This document shows, piece by piece, positions 9,493 through 18,445 of a stretch of DNA of 36,361 nt. The notes below the pieces were generated by a model. That model was not told the origin of the DNA. It was given only the letters and a program-made list of their open reading frames with translations, and searched no databases. This DNA comes from a virus (Duplodnaviria > Heunggongvirae > Uroviricota > Caudoviricetes). Where the stretch lies: IMG/VR virus record IMGVR_UViG_2579778635_000006; one strand, given 5' to 3'. Made by a program: the position numbers and the translations under genes. How positions within the stretch are numbered: the stretch's first letter is position 1; every line of letters starts with the position of its first letter.

Positions 9493-9726
9493 ATGCGCAT
9501 TGAAATAATGATCGATAAAGAGCAGAAGATTAGCCAGTCTACCCTGGACGCCCTTGAATCCGAGCTTTACCGCAATCTGCGCCCCCTGTATCCCAAAACG
9601 GTAATTCGCATTCGCAAAGGTAGCTCTAACGGTGTGGAACTAACCGGACTGCAACTGGATGAAGAAAGAAAACAAGTGATGAAAATTATGCAGAAGGTGT
9701 GGGAGGACGACAGCTGGCTGCATTAA
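9493..9726 (+). CDS. DinI-family protein
   Basis: ATG at 9493 with GAGGTGA upstream. The product (MRIEIMIDKEQKISQSTLDALESELYRNL...VWEDDSWLH) matches the DinI pattern: MRIE start, central aromatic, C-terminal acidic W. Confidence 0.8.
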   Translation: MRIEIMIDKEQKISQSTLDALESELYRNLRPLYPKTVIRIRKGSSNGVELTGLQLDEERKQVMKIMQKVWEDDSWLH

Positions 9727-9734
9727 GAAATGTT

Positions 9735-9763
9735 GCCCCCAGGAGGATTCATTCTGATGGGGG
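9735..9763 (+). terminator. Possible hairpin terminator after the dinI-like gene
   Basis: gccccca ... tgggggc inverted repeat followed by a T-containing tract. The loop is long, so this is weak. Confidence 0.3.
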
Positions 9764-9918
9764 CTAGTTTGGGCAATGAGTGAAATAAGGCGTAAGGTGG
9801 GCGGTTATTTTGATCAGTGATCGTCCGCTTTGTGTCAGAAGCAGAAGTGGGAGTGTCTGAGACTCTCTAAAAGTTGATGATTCACTTACAAAACCATTTT
9901 CCTGATGGATGCTTACAC

Positions 9919-10254
9919 TTACGAATGATCATTCTGTTTAGTCTTCATGAGAAAATCCCGAATCTTTGCCAAGTTTGAATTTTCGGGGATTGAATCCATG
10001 TACGGATCACGCTCAAACACTAATTGCTCAGATTCAACGAAAGCCTGCCACTCTACTGGGTCTAGCTCAAATCCCATTGCTGTCATATCACTTTCATCTT
10101 CCCCCTCGATCCAGTGGACTAAATAAAACAATTCATCATCAGGAGAATCATCCTCACCATCAACAATATCAACATCGGTTACAGTGATACGTAGGGTGGG
10201 ATCGATTTTTGAGACATAAATTCCTAACTGTGGTATAGGGGGAATATTGTTCAT
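9919..10254 (-). CDS. Highly acidic small protein (111 aa), hypothetical; candidate DNA-mimic/anti-restriction or immunity-type protein
   Basis: ATG with AGGAG about 6 nt upstream on the minus strand. About 26 D/E against about 7 K/R by eye. Opposite orientation to the flanking early genes, in a cos-proximal accessory region. Confidence 0.6.
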   Translation of the reverse strand: MNNIPPIPQLGIYVSKIDPTLRITVTDVDIVDGEDDSPDDELFYLVHWIEGEDESDMTAMGFELDPVEWQAFVESEQLVFERDPYMDSIPENSNLAKIRDFLMKTKQNDHS

Positions 10255-10633
10255 GGAAACTCCTTTTATTGGTGTTTGCTATTTGAATAAAAATACGCCA
10301 AACAGAGTGTTAACTGTGAATATGGAAAGAATCGTTGTAAGTACCCCGCTTAGGTGTCCCATTCTATTTTAGAGGTTCTCGTGCATATGGATTATGTTAT
10401 CTGAAAGTTAACTTCCGCTTCCCGTTCACAGCGAACATTCATCTTTGTAAACCCGTATGGTCCGTTTTTCAAGTGGCCATTCAGATACGGATTTTTACTT
10501 CTTTGACAGTGCATGACTATGCTGCATGAAATCGCATGATCGATTGAGGATCGTCTTTGCTCAGATCCGCCAGAACTGGCGGGCTTTTGCTCATGTCATG
10601 CATGTGCATGAAAACCACTGCATAAAGCGGGCA

Positions 10634-10652
10634 GGCGTGGCGGGGATACGAG
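10634..10652. other. cos: Candidate cos site (cohesive-end region)
   Basis: ggcgtggcgggga matches the first 13 nt of the 186 cohesive end as I recall it (GGCGTGGCGGGGAAAGCAT). Location between the early-region end and the portal gene is the expected one. Confidence 0.4.
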
Positions 10653-10733
10653 CGCGCGGATGAGTAATCTATACCATCATCTTGATAAAAGTATTAAAAA
10701 TGGTAAATTTAGCAAGCTACATATTAAAGGAAA

Positions 10734-12131
10734 ATGAAGATGTATGAAGTAATTGATATATCAGCGCAGGAAATTAAGGCGTTGTTAAACACTGCTGAAG
10801 ATCATTTCAATGATTTTAAAAGTAAGCAAATAGCGCCTAATAAATTACAAGAAACTTTTGTAGCATTTGCAAATGCTGATGGCGGTAATATTTATATTGG
10901 CATAGAGGATGCAGCTTCGGGGAGAGAGCGTATATCTGGTTTCAATGAGCCAGAGGAAGCGAATGCTATTATTTCGACCTTATTGGAAAATACTAATCCA
11001 GCTGTTGAGAATGTTGAGGTGGAATATTTAAGAACACCTTCCAATGGATTGATTTTACATGTGGATATACCAAAAAGCCCCAAAGTTCATTACACGGCCT
11101 CTGGCGATTGCTTTATAAGAGCTAACGCGCAAAAATTAAAAATAAAAGGTGAGCGAATTACTCAGCTTTCCTATTCTAAAGGCGCAGAACCTTATGAAAA
11201 AAAAGCAGTGGATATAGTTGAAGTAGAAGATATTCTTGAAAGTGAATATTATTCTGATTATTTACGTAGAATAGGAACGACTCAGTCACCGAGAGTTTTT
11301 TTAAAAAAACAACGACTGTTAACTAAGAAAGATGGTGAATTTGTCCCGAATGTAGGCTGTGTTTTACTATTTGATGAAGAGCCTCAAGGATGTTTAGATA
11401 CTCGATGTGCTGTAAAAGTATATCGGCTTAGAACAACTGAAGCAGAGTACAAACGTGAACAATTACAGGAAGATCCTGTAACGATTGAGGGGCCACTTGA
11501 AGTGGTTATTTTAAATACAATAGCAAAAGTAAAAGAATATGTTGATGGAGCATCATTCAAAGACGGCGAAAATCTAGTAAAACTTAGCTATCCTGCAGAA
11601 GCATTGAAGGAAATATTAGTTAATGCTGTTATTCATAGAGATTACAGCCAAAAGGATGATGTGCACGTAAAAGTTTATGACAACCGGATTGAAGTTCAAA
11701 GTCCAGGCAGATTGCCTGGATACATGACTATTAATAATTTATATGAAGAGCGGTTTTCTCGTAATCCAAATTTAGTGCGTTTGTTGCATAAACTTCCCAA
11801 TCCAGTGAACCATGATATTGGTGAGGGGCTTGATACTGCAAAAAATGAATTGCGTAAGGCCGGGTTGGTAGCCCCGGTATTTGAAGAAAGGGGCAATAAT
11901 TTTGTTGTAATAGTTAAGCATCAAACAATAGCCTCAATTGAGGATGTGATTATTAATTATTTTAAAGAAAATCCAACGGGACAGCTCACAAATAAGTTGG
12001 TTAGACAATTAAGTGGCGAAGATGACCTTCAAAAGGTTAAAAAGGCATTGCAAAAGTTAAGGGAGGAGGGCGTAATAAAACCATTAGATCCTAACGCGAA
12101 TCCTTTCAAATTTAAATATATTAAAGCTTAA
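10734..12131 (+). CDS. AlbA_2 (Schlafen-like) + HATPase_c_4 + C-terminal wHTH protein; candidate defence/exclusion cargo
   Basis: 465-aa ORF with AAGGA upstream. N-terminal AlbA_2-type signature (DFKSK...FVAFANADGGNIYIGIED), central HATPase_c_4-type signature (NAVIHRDY...DNRIEVQSPGRLPG...SRNP), then a helix-rich tail. Strongly AT-rich against the backbone. Followed by a bidirectional terminator. Confidence 0.8.
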   Translation: MKMYEVIDISAQEIKALLNTAEDHFNDFKSKQIAPNKLQETFVAFANADGGNIYIGIEDAASGRERISGFNEPEEANAIISTLLENTNPAVENVEVEYLRTPSNGLILHVDIPKSPKVHYTASGDCFIRANAQKLKIKGERITQLSYSKGAEPYEKKAVDIVEVEDILESEYYSDYLRRIGTTQSPRVFLKKQRLLTKKDGEFVPNVGCVLLFDEEPQGCLDTRCAVKVYRLRTTEAEYKREQLQEDPVTIEGPLEVVILNTIAKVKEYVDGASFKDGENLVKLSYPAEALKEILVNAVIHRDYSQKDDVHVKVYDNRIEVQSPGRLPGYMTINNLYEERFSRNPNLVRLLHKLPNPVNHDIGEGLDTAKNELRKAGLVAPVFEERGNNFVVIVKHQTIASIEDVIINYFKENPTGQLTNKLVRQLSGEDDLQKVKKALQKLREEGVIKPLDPNANPFKFKYIKA

Positions 12132-12135
12132 GTTA

Positions 12136-12165
12136 AAGGTGGAGGTTGTCTCCACCTTTTTTCAT
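12136..12165. terminator. Bidirectional rho-independent terminator between the cargo gene and portal gene Q
   Basis: aaaggtggag-gttg-tctccaccttt hairpin flanked by A- and T-runs, between convergent genes. Confidence 0.65.
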
Positions 12166-12182
12166 AGGTAATGATTTTTAAA

Positions 12183-13208
12183 TTATAGTTTATAGTGTTC
12201 GAAAGTTATTGCTTCTTCATTGATCCAATAGTTGAGATCTTGTAACTTCTTCTGAAGTGGCATCAGTTCATTCCGAACAAATACCCGGCTGGCCTTCTCC
12301 ACATCCCCAAACCCTCCAACATTATTAGGCATAATCCCCATCATTTGCGGCGGCACGCGGTGCGCAGCCATCATGTCGTCGCGGCTGACATTTTTGATAT
12401 TCAGAAATTCATCCTTCGCCGCGACTTCTGATAACGGGATGATTTGAAGCCCGTCCTTTTTGCCGTTAGGCGAGTACATAAACAGATTGCGGAAGTTGCC
12501 TGGACCTTTGGCGCTTTTCATTGCGTTGCGGAGGTTGTTCACATCCTCCTGGTTCTGCGCGGCATCGGTCATGTACATGATGAAGCCTGCATGGCTGCCG
12601 TTGATGTAATACTTACGGCGGAACAGCGTGGCGGACTCGTTGAGCAGGGCTGACGGAATGGCAGAAAGATAGCCGGGCAGGCCGTAGATCTCCTGGTTAA
12701 TGTCCGGTTCCATCAGATGAAAAATGCTGCCTTTCGTGAACTGATACGGCTGGGTTGTCATACCGTATTGCACAAACCAGTAGGTATCCAGGTCTAACCC
12801 GCGTCGGGTGTATTTTGCCAGAGCAGGCTCAAGGGCGATAACTTCACCGAAGCGGTTCGTGCGTTTCTCCAGGTAGGAGTTACCAAATACCAGATAGTCC
12901 TGCACAAAACGTGAAAAAGCCTGCTGGCTGAGCAGCGGATGGGGGATGTAGGTACTGGTCAGAATGTTGCATTTCACCGCAATTGGTGAACTGTGATGCA
13001 CGGCGGCGCGGAAGGTGCGTGCCAGTCCGTCAAAGCTTACTGGCGGCTCATACCAGCGATCTGTCTGTACGCATTCCACATAGTCCAGTAGTTCGCGGCG
13101 GTCCAGAACAGGAACGGGATCACCGAAGCTGAATGCTTCGGCTGTAGTTTGACTTTTATGCTGGATCTGGTTCGTCGACGCAGCGCGGTTCTTCTTACTC
13201 TTTCCCAT
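12183..13208 (-). CDS. Q: Portal protein (P2 gpQ family)
   Basis: Strong similarity to P2 Q as recalled (WYEPPVS, KDEFLN, SRDD, AHRVPPQ, MGI). ATG start overlaps the stop of P by 1 nt. Confidence 0.95.
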   Translation of the reverse strand: MGKSKKNRAASTNQIQHKSQTTAEAFSFGDPVPVLDRRELLDYVECVQTDRWYEPPVSFDGLARTFRAAVHHSSPIAVKCNILTSTYIPHPLLSQQAFSRFVQDYLVFGNSYLEKRTNRFGEVIALEPALAKYTRRGLDLDTYWFVQYGMTTQPYQFTKGSIFHLMEPDINQEIYGLPGYLSAIPSALLNESATLFRRKYYINGSHAGFIMYMTDAAQNQEDVNNLRNAMKSAKGPGNFRNLFMYSPNGKKDGLQIIPLSEVAAKDEFLNIKNVSRDDMMAAHRVPPQMMGIMPNNVGGFGDVEKASRVFVRNELMPLQKKLQDLNYWINEEAITFEHYKL

Positions 13209-14974
13209 CAAAAAATCTCCACAATATTACTGGTATTGGCGGACTCGCCCTGCAGTGGTTCGTTAAACAGTGCGTGCATTGTTGCCCAGGCCAGATCGGC
13301 GTGGCTGGCTTCTTCGCTGCGGCTGGCTTCATAGGTCGGGCGGTTGCCGCTGGCGGTGGTGGCGCGACGGATTGCCATGAATGACTGCGCAATGTCGGTG
13401 TGCCCGGCGTCAAACTCCAGACGGCGGTGGCTGATAATGTCGTAGGCCTTGAGCACCAGGGCGTTTTTAACGTTGGGGTTGTAGACAAACTCCCGGACGG
13501 CAGGAAAGAATGCTTTCACGTTCTCGTAAACCCCGTGACCAACGCCGGTTGAGTCGATACCGATATAAGTCACGTTGTACTGTTCGGTCAGTTTTTTGAT
13601 GGCGTCAGCCTGAGCGCGGAAGTCCATCCCGCGCCACTGGTGACGCTCAAGAATGCGGAATTTACCGCCCGATACGGCTGGCGGTGCCACCACCACGCAT
13701 CCGGCACTGTCGCCGTTCTGAGTACCTTTTGCGGGGTCATAACCGATCCATACTTCGCGCCAGCCAAACGGGCGCAGGGCCAGTGCATGAAAGTCGGTCC
13801 AGATTTCCCAGCTGTCCACCATGCACGCCTGCAGTTCGCTGAGCGGGAACACGGACGCGAGATCGTCCACGAACTCGCACATCAGCAGGTTCTGGTATTC
13901 GTCCGGGCTGTACTCCATGCGCAGCTGGTCGAGGTCGAACAGGTTACAGCCGCCGCGCACCGCATCTTCCACGGTGACTATCTGGCGGTATTGCCCGTCT
14001 GCGCACAGCAGGCCGGGGGCCAGATTGCTGTGGGACAGGTCGATGTCCACCTTGTCAGCTTTGTTGCGTCCACGGTTGAACAGCGCACCGGACCAGAACG
14101 GATAAGCACTGTGGGTCAGGCTGGATGGCGTGGAAAAATAGGTTTGTCGCCATTTCTTGTGAATAGCCATCCCGGAAGCCACTTTGCGCAGCTCCTGGAA
14201 TTTCGGGATCCAGAAATATTCATCCAGATACAGGTTGCCGTGGTAACTCTGGGCCGTGCGGGCATTGGTTCCGAGGAAGTAAAGCGTGGCCCCATTAGGA
14301 AGCACCATCGGATCGCCTTTCAGCTCCACCTCCACTTCTTTGGCGAAGTCGATGATGTACTGCTTAAAGACGTGGGCCTGTGCCTTACTGGCGGAAAGGA
14401 AAATCTGGTTACGTCCGGTCAGCAGGGCGTCAATCAGGGCTTCACGGGCAAAATAGAAGGTCGCGCCGATCTGGCGTGACTTCAGCAGGTTGCGGATGCG
14501 GTTGGTTTTTCCGGCTTCCCACCAGTGGCGCTGGTAGTTGAACATGGAGGAATGAAAGATTTCTTCCAGCTTCTCAATCTGTTCATCGGTGAAAACATTC
14601 TTTTCCGGCTGACGGCGCGGGCCTTTGTTACGGTTGGCGACGTTAGGGTTTAAGTCGGCTTCGTTGCCGCCATTGTTAAACTTGCCGATCCGCGCGTGGC
14701 GTTCCGACTGGCGCGCCAGCAGGTCAATCTCTTTGAAATCTTTCCCTTCTTTGTGCTCCTTCATAATGAGCTGGCAGTAGCGTGCGGCGGTGGTGAGCTG
14801 CATCTGATCCAGCGGCCCATAGTCACCCCACTTGTCGCGTTTTTTCCAGCTGTGAACGGTTGCAACTTTCTCGCCCAGCATTTCAGCAATGCGGGCGACG
14901 CGGTATCCCTGAAAGTACAGCAGCATGGCCTGCCGACGGGGATCGAGATCTGCGGGTGTCAGTGTGGTGTTCAT
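13208..14974 (-). CDS. P: Terminase large (ATPase) subunit (P2 gpP family)
   Basis: 588-aa ORF upstream of and co-oriented with Q; classic P2 P-Q arrangement. Confidence 0.95.
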   Translation of the reverse strand: MNTTLTPADLDPRRQAMLLYFQGYRVARIAEMLGEKVATVHSWKKRDKWGDYGPLDQMQLTTAARYCQLIMKEHKEGKDFKEIDLLARQSERHARIGKFNNGGNEADLNPNVANRNKGPRRQPEKNVFTDEQIEKLEEIFHSSMFNYQRHWWEAGKTNRIRNLLKSRQIGATFYFAREALIDALLTGRNQIFLSASKAQAHVFKQYIIDFAKEVEVELKGDPMVLPNGATLYFLGTNARTAQSYHGNLYLDEYFWIPKFQELRKVASGMAIHKKWRQTYFSTPSSLTHSAYPFWSGALFNRGRNKADKVDIDLSHSNLAPGLLCADGQYRQIVTVEDAVRGGCNLFDLDQLRMEYSPDEYQNLLMCEFVDDLASVFPLSELQACMVDSWEIWTDFHALALRPFGWREVWIGYDPAKGTQNGDSAGCVVVAPPAVSGGKFRILERHQWRGMDFRAQADAIKKLTEQYNVTYIGIDSTGVGHGVYENVKAFFPAVREFVYNPNVKNALVLKAYDIISHRRLEFDAGHTDIAQSFMAIRRATTASGNRPTYEASRSEEASHADLAWATMHALFNEPLQGESANTSNIVEIF

Positions 14975-15020
14975 GGCACAAACCTACAGCCTTGAATGAA
15001 GGCTTTCCCCGCCTGCGGTT

Positions 15021-15038
15021 TGTGTGGTTGTCGGTACA
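15021..15038. promoter_or_regulatory. Ogr-type late promoter dyad TGT-N12-ACA in the divergent P/O intergenic region
   Basis: tgt-gtggttgtcggt-aca seen directly. The TGT-N12-ACA dyad is the activator site of P2/186 late promoters. Confidence 0.5.
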
Positions 15039-15116
15039 AATACCGCGCATTGTTTCACTGCCCCTATCACCGCAACCATAAGGCTCCAGTAAGTTTTTTC
15101 TAACGGAGCACGGCTC

Positions 15117-15950
15117 ATGACAGTGAAAGCAAAGCGTTTTCGCATCGGGGTGGAAGGTGCCACCACCGACGGACGCGAAATCCAGCGTGAATGGCTGGAA
15201 CAGATGGCAGCCAGCTACAACCCGGCGGTGTATACCGCGCTGATTAACCTTGAGCACATCAAGTCTTATCTGCCGGACAGCACCTTTAACCGCTACGGCA
15301 AGGTGACGGCGCTGTTTGCTGAAGAAATCAAGGAAGGTCCGCTGGCAGGCAAGATGGCGCTGTATGCCGACGTTGAGCCAACGGAGTCCCTGGTGGAACT
15401 GGTGAAAAAAGGCCAGAAATTATTCACCTCTATGGAAGTCAGCCCGAAGTTCGCTGATACGGGCAAAGCCTACCTGGTCGGCCTGGCTGCCACTGATGAC
15501 CCTGCCAGTCTGGGCACTGAAATGCTGACATTCAGCGCCAGTGCAGCCCATAACCCGCTGGCAAACCGCAAGCAGAATCCTGCCAATCTCTTTACCGCTG
15601 CAGAAGAAACGGTGATCGAACTGGAGGAAGTCCAGGACGACAAACCGTCCCTGTTTGCCCGCGTCACGGCGCTGTTCACCAAAAAAGAGCAGTCAGACGA
15701 TGCCCGGTTCTCTGATGTGCATAAGGCCGTGGAGCTGGTCGCCACTGAGCAGCAAGACCTGAGTGCGCGCACCGAAAAATCCCTGTCTGAACAGGAAGAA
15801 CGCTTGTCTGAGCTGGAGACAGCCCTGCAGGCACAGCTGACCGCCTTTGACGAACTGGTGGACAAGCTGAGCCATGAAGACAGCCGCCAGGACTACCGCC
15901 AGCGTGCAACAGGCGGTAACGCCCCCGCTGACACTCTGACCAATTGCTGA
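15117..15950 (+). CDS. O: Capsid scaffolding protein (P2 gpO family)
   Basis: 277-aa ORF divergent from P and preceding the major capsid gene. Confidence 0.9.
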   Translation: MTVKAKRFRIGVEGATTDGREIQREWLEQMAASYNPAVYTALINLEHIKSYLPDSTFNRYGKVTALFAEEIKEGPLAGKMALYADVEPTESLVELVKKGQKLFTSMEVSPKFADTGKAYLVGLAATDDPASLGTEMLTFSASAAHNPLANRKQNPANLFTAAEETVIELEEVQDDKPSLFARVTALFTKKEQSDDARFSDVHKAVELVATEQQDLSARTEKSLSEQEERLSELETALQAQLTAFDELVDKLSHEDSRQDYRQRATGGNAPADTLTNC

Positions 15951-15966
15951 TGGAGCACAAAACCTG

Positions 15967-17025
15967 ATGAAGAAGAATACCCGCTTTGCTTTTAACGCTT
16001 ACCTGCAGCAGCTGGCGCGTCTGAACGGTGTGGCAGTTGAAGAACTGTCCAGCAAGTTCACCGTGGAGCCGTCTGTGCAGCAGACGCTGGAAGACCAGAT
16101 CCAGCAGTCCGCCGCTTTCCTGACGCTGATTAATGTCACCCCGGTGACTGAACAGTCCGGTCAACTGCTGGGGTTGGGTGTTGGCAGCACCATTGCCGGA
16201 ACCACTGATACCACCGCAAAAGAGCGTGAGCCTGTCGATCCGACGCTGATGGTCGATGTGGAATATAAATGCGAGCAGACCAACTTTGATACGGTGCTGA
16301 CCTACGCGAAGCTGGACCTGTGGGCGAAGTTTCAGGATTTCCAGGTGCGTATCCGTGACGCCATCGTGAAACGTCAGGCACTGGACCGCATCATGATCGG
16401 CTTTAACGGCGTGAAGCGTGCGAAAACCTCCAACCGTAGCGAAAACCCGTTGCTGCAGGATGTGAACAAAGGCTGGCTGCAGAAAATCCGTGAGGATGCA
16501 CCGGATCACGTCATGGGCAGCACCACCACGGGCGGTAAAACCACACCGGGCGCAGTGAAAGTCGGCAAAGGTGGCGAATATGCCAACCTGGACGCTGTAG
16601 TGATGGATGCGGTCAATGAGCTTATCGACGTGGTCTACCAGGACGATGACGATCTGGTGGTGATTTGCGGTCGTGAACTGCTGTCTGACAAGTATTTCCC
16701 GCTGGTCAACAAAGAGCAGGAAAACAGTGAAAAACTGGCTGCCGATATGATCATCAGCCAGAAACGCATGGGTGGCCTGCAGGCCGTGCGTGCGCCATTC
16801 TTCCCGCCGAATGCGCTGCTGATCACCCGTCTGGATAACCTGTCCATCTACTGGCAGGAAGACACCCGCCGCCGTTCAGTTATCGACAACCCGAAACGTG
16901 ACCGGATTGAAAACTTTGAATCCGTTAACGAAGCCTATGTGGTTGAGGACTACCGCTGCGCAGCACTGGTGGAAAACATCCAGATTGGCGATTTTAGCGC
17001 CGCTGCAGCAGAAGCCGGAGCGTAA
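15967..17025 (+). CDS. N: Major capsid protein (P2 gpN family)
   Basis: 352 aa, strong similarity to P2 N as recalled (TRFAFNAYL, FTVEPSV, KEQENSE, LSIYW). Confidence 0.95.
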   Translation: MKKNTRFAFNAYLQQLARLNGVAVEELSSKFTVEPSVQQTLEDQIQQSAAFLTLINVTPVTEQSGQLLGLGVGSTIAGTTDTTAKEREPVDPTLMVDVEYKCEQTNFDTVLTYAKLDLWAKFQDFQVRIRDAIVKRQALDRIMIGFNGVKRAKTSNRSENPLLQDVNKGWLQKIREDAPDHVMGSTTTGGKTTPGAVKVGKGGEYANLDAVVMDAVNELIDVVYQDDDDLVVICGRELLSDKYFPLVNKEQENSEKLAADMIISQKRMGGLQAVRAPFFPPNALLITRLDNLSIYWQEDTRRRSVIDNPKRDRIENFESVNEAYVVEDYRCAALVENIQIGDFSAAAAEAGA

Positions 17026-17028
17026 CCC

Positions 17029-17679
17029 ATGAGCCTGAGTCCCGCACGGCAGCATCGCCTGCGCGTTCAGGCTGAACAGGCCGCTCGTGAGGGTGGCAGT
17101 GTTCGCCATGCGTCGGGCTATGACCTGATGCTGCTGCAACTGGCGGAAGACCGCCGCCGTCTCAAGGGCGTTCAGTCCACGGTCAAAAAAGCGGAAATCA
17201 AAGTGGAGCTGCTGCCGAAGTACGCCGCCTGGGCGGAGGGTGTCCTGGCTGGCGGAGGCGCCCAACAGGATGACGTGCTGATGTACGTGATGCTGTGGCG
17301 CATTGATGCCGGAGATTATGCCGGGGCGCTGGAGATTGGGCGTCATGCTCTGCGTCATGGCTGGGTGATGCCGCTGGGTAACCGCAACGTGCAGACCGTG
17401 CTGGCAGAGGAAATGGCAGACGCGGCACAGAGCGCAATGCTTGCCACTACCGGCTTTGATGTCGATCTGTTGCTGCAGACGCTGGAGCTGACAGATGGTC
17501 TGGATATGCCGGACCAGTCACGGGCGCGTCTGCATAAAGCGATTGGCGCTGTCCTGAGTGAAAGCAACCCGGCTTCCGCCCTTAATCATCTCAACCATGC
17601 GTTACAGCTCGATCCCCGCAGTGGCGTGAAAAAAGACAAACAGCAGCTGGAGCGCAGACTGCGCAATGACAGCCGCTGA
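17029..17679 (+). CDS. M: Terminase small/endonuclease subunit (P2 gpM family)
   Basis: 216-aa ORF directly after N. Confidence 0.9.
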   Translation: MSLSPARQHRLRVQAEQAAREGGSVRHASGYDLMLLQLAEDRRRLKGVQSTVKKAEIKVELLPKYAAWAEGVLAGGGAQQDDVLMYVMLWRIDAGDYAGALEIGRHALRHGWVMPLGNRNVQTVLAEEMADAAQSAMLATTGFDVDLLLQTLELTDGLDMPDQSRARLHKAIGAVLSESNPASALNHLNHALQLDPRSGVKKDKQQLERRLRNDSR

Positions 17680-17774
17680 CAGAACGTGCCCCCGCGCACG
17701 GGCGGCACGGAGTGGCGAAAGGCACTGCCACATCAAAACCCCGTCCACCGCCCTCTATTTCAGGAGAAAGCAGC

Positions 17775-18239
17775 ATGAAGTTTGTTGCGCCAGAACAGGC
17801 ACCGGAACAGGCGGAAATCATCAGAAACACGCCGTTCTGGCCTGATGTGGACCTGTCGGAGTTTCGCAGTGTCATGCGCACTGACGGCACGGTGACGCAG
17901 CCGCGTTTAAAGCAGGTTGCGCTGTCGGCAATTTCGGAGGTCAACGCAGAGCTGTATGAGTTTCGCAGACGCCAGCAGATGCTGGGATATGCCTCGCTGG
18001 CAGAGGTTCCGGCGGAGCAGCTGGACGGCAAAAGTGAGCGCATTCAGCACTATTTCAACGCGGTTTACTGCTGGGCACGCGCCATGCTCAACGAACGATA
18101 CCAGGACTATGACGCCACGGCATCCGGTGTGAAGCGAGGCGAAGAACTGGCAGAAGCCAGCGGTGATTTGTGGCGTGACGCCCGCTGGGCCATCAGCCGG
18201 GTGCAGGATGCGCCGCACTGCACAGTGGAGCTTATCTGA
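17775..18239 (+). CDS. L: Head completion/stabilisation protein (P2 gpL family)
   Basis: ATG at 17775 with AGGAG upstream. The product contains NTPFWPDVDLSEFR, like P2 L (RFWPDVSLADFR). The upstream in-frame GTG at 17712 lacks a ribosome-binding site. Confidence 0.85.
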   Translation: MKFVAPEQAPEQAEIIRNTPFWPDVDLSEFRSVMRTDGTVTQPRLKQVALSAISEVNAELYEFRRRQQMLGYASLAEVPAEQLDGKSERIQHYFNAVYCWARAMLNERYQDYDATASGVKRGEELAEASGDLWRDARWAISRVQDAPHCTVELI

Positions 18240-18442
18240 TGAAAGTGCGTGCGCATCAGTATGACACGGTGGACGCGCTTTGCTGGCGTCATTACGGGCG
18301 CACGCAGGGTGTCACGGAGCAGGTACTGAAGGCAAATCCGGGGCTTGCCGAATACGGCCCCTTTTTACCTCACGGGCTGCAGGTGGAGCTGCCGGACATT
18401 CCGACCACCACCACCGTGCAGACCGTCCAGCTATGGGACTGA
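18239..18442 (+). CDS. X: Tail protein X (P2 gpX family)
   Basis: 67 aa. Start overlaps the L stop (TGATG). Confidence 0.85.
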   Translation: MKVRAHQYDTVDALCWRHYGRTQGVTEQVLKANPGLAEYGPFLPHGLQVELPDIPTTTTVQTVQLWD

Positions 18443-18445
18443 GTT

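Noticed and set aside
13640-14479. 279-aa ORF on the plus strand
   Set aside because: It lies entirely antisense to the well-supported terminase gene P; long antisense ORFs are expected in GC-rich coding DNA.
15676-16509. 277-aa ORF on the minus strand
   Set aside because: Antisense to the scaffold and major capsid genes O and N, with no ribosome-binding site context.
17712-17774. Upstream in-frame extension of gene L from GTG at 17712
   Set aside because: No ribosome-binding site. ATG at 17775 has AGGAG and yields an N-terminus matching P2 L.
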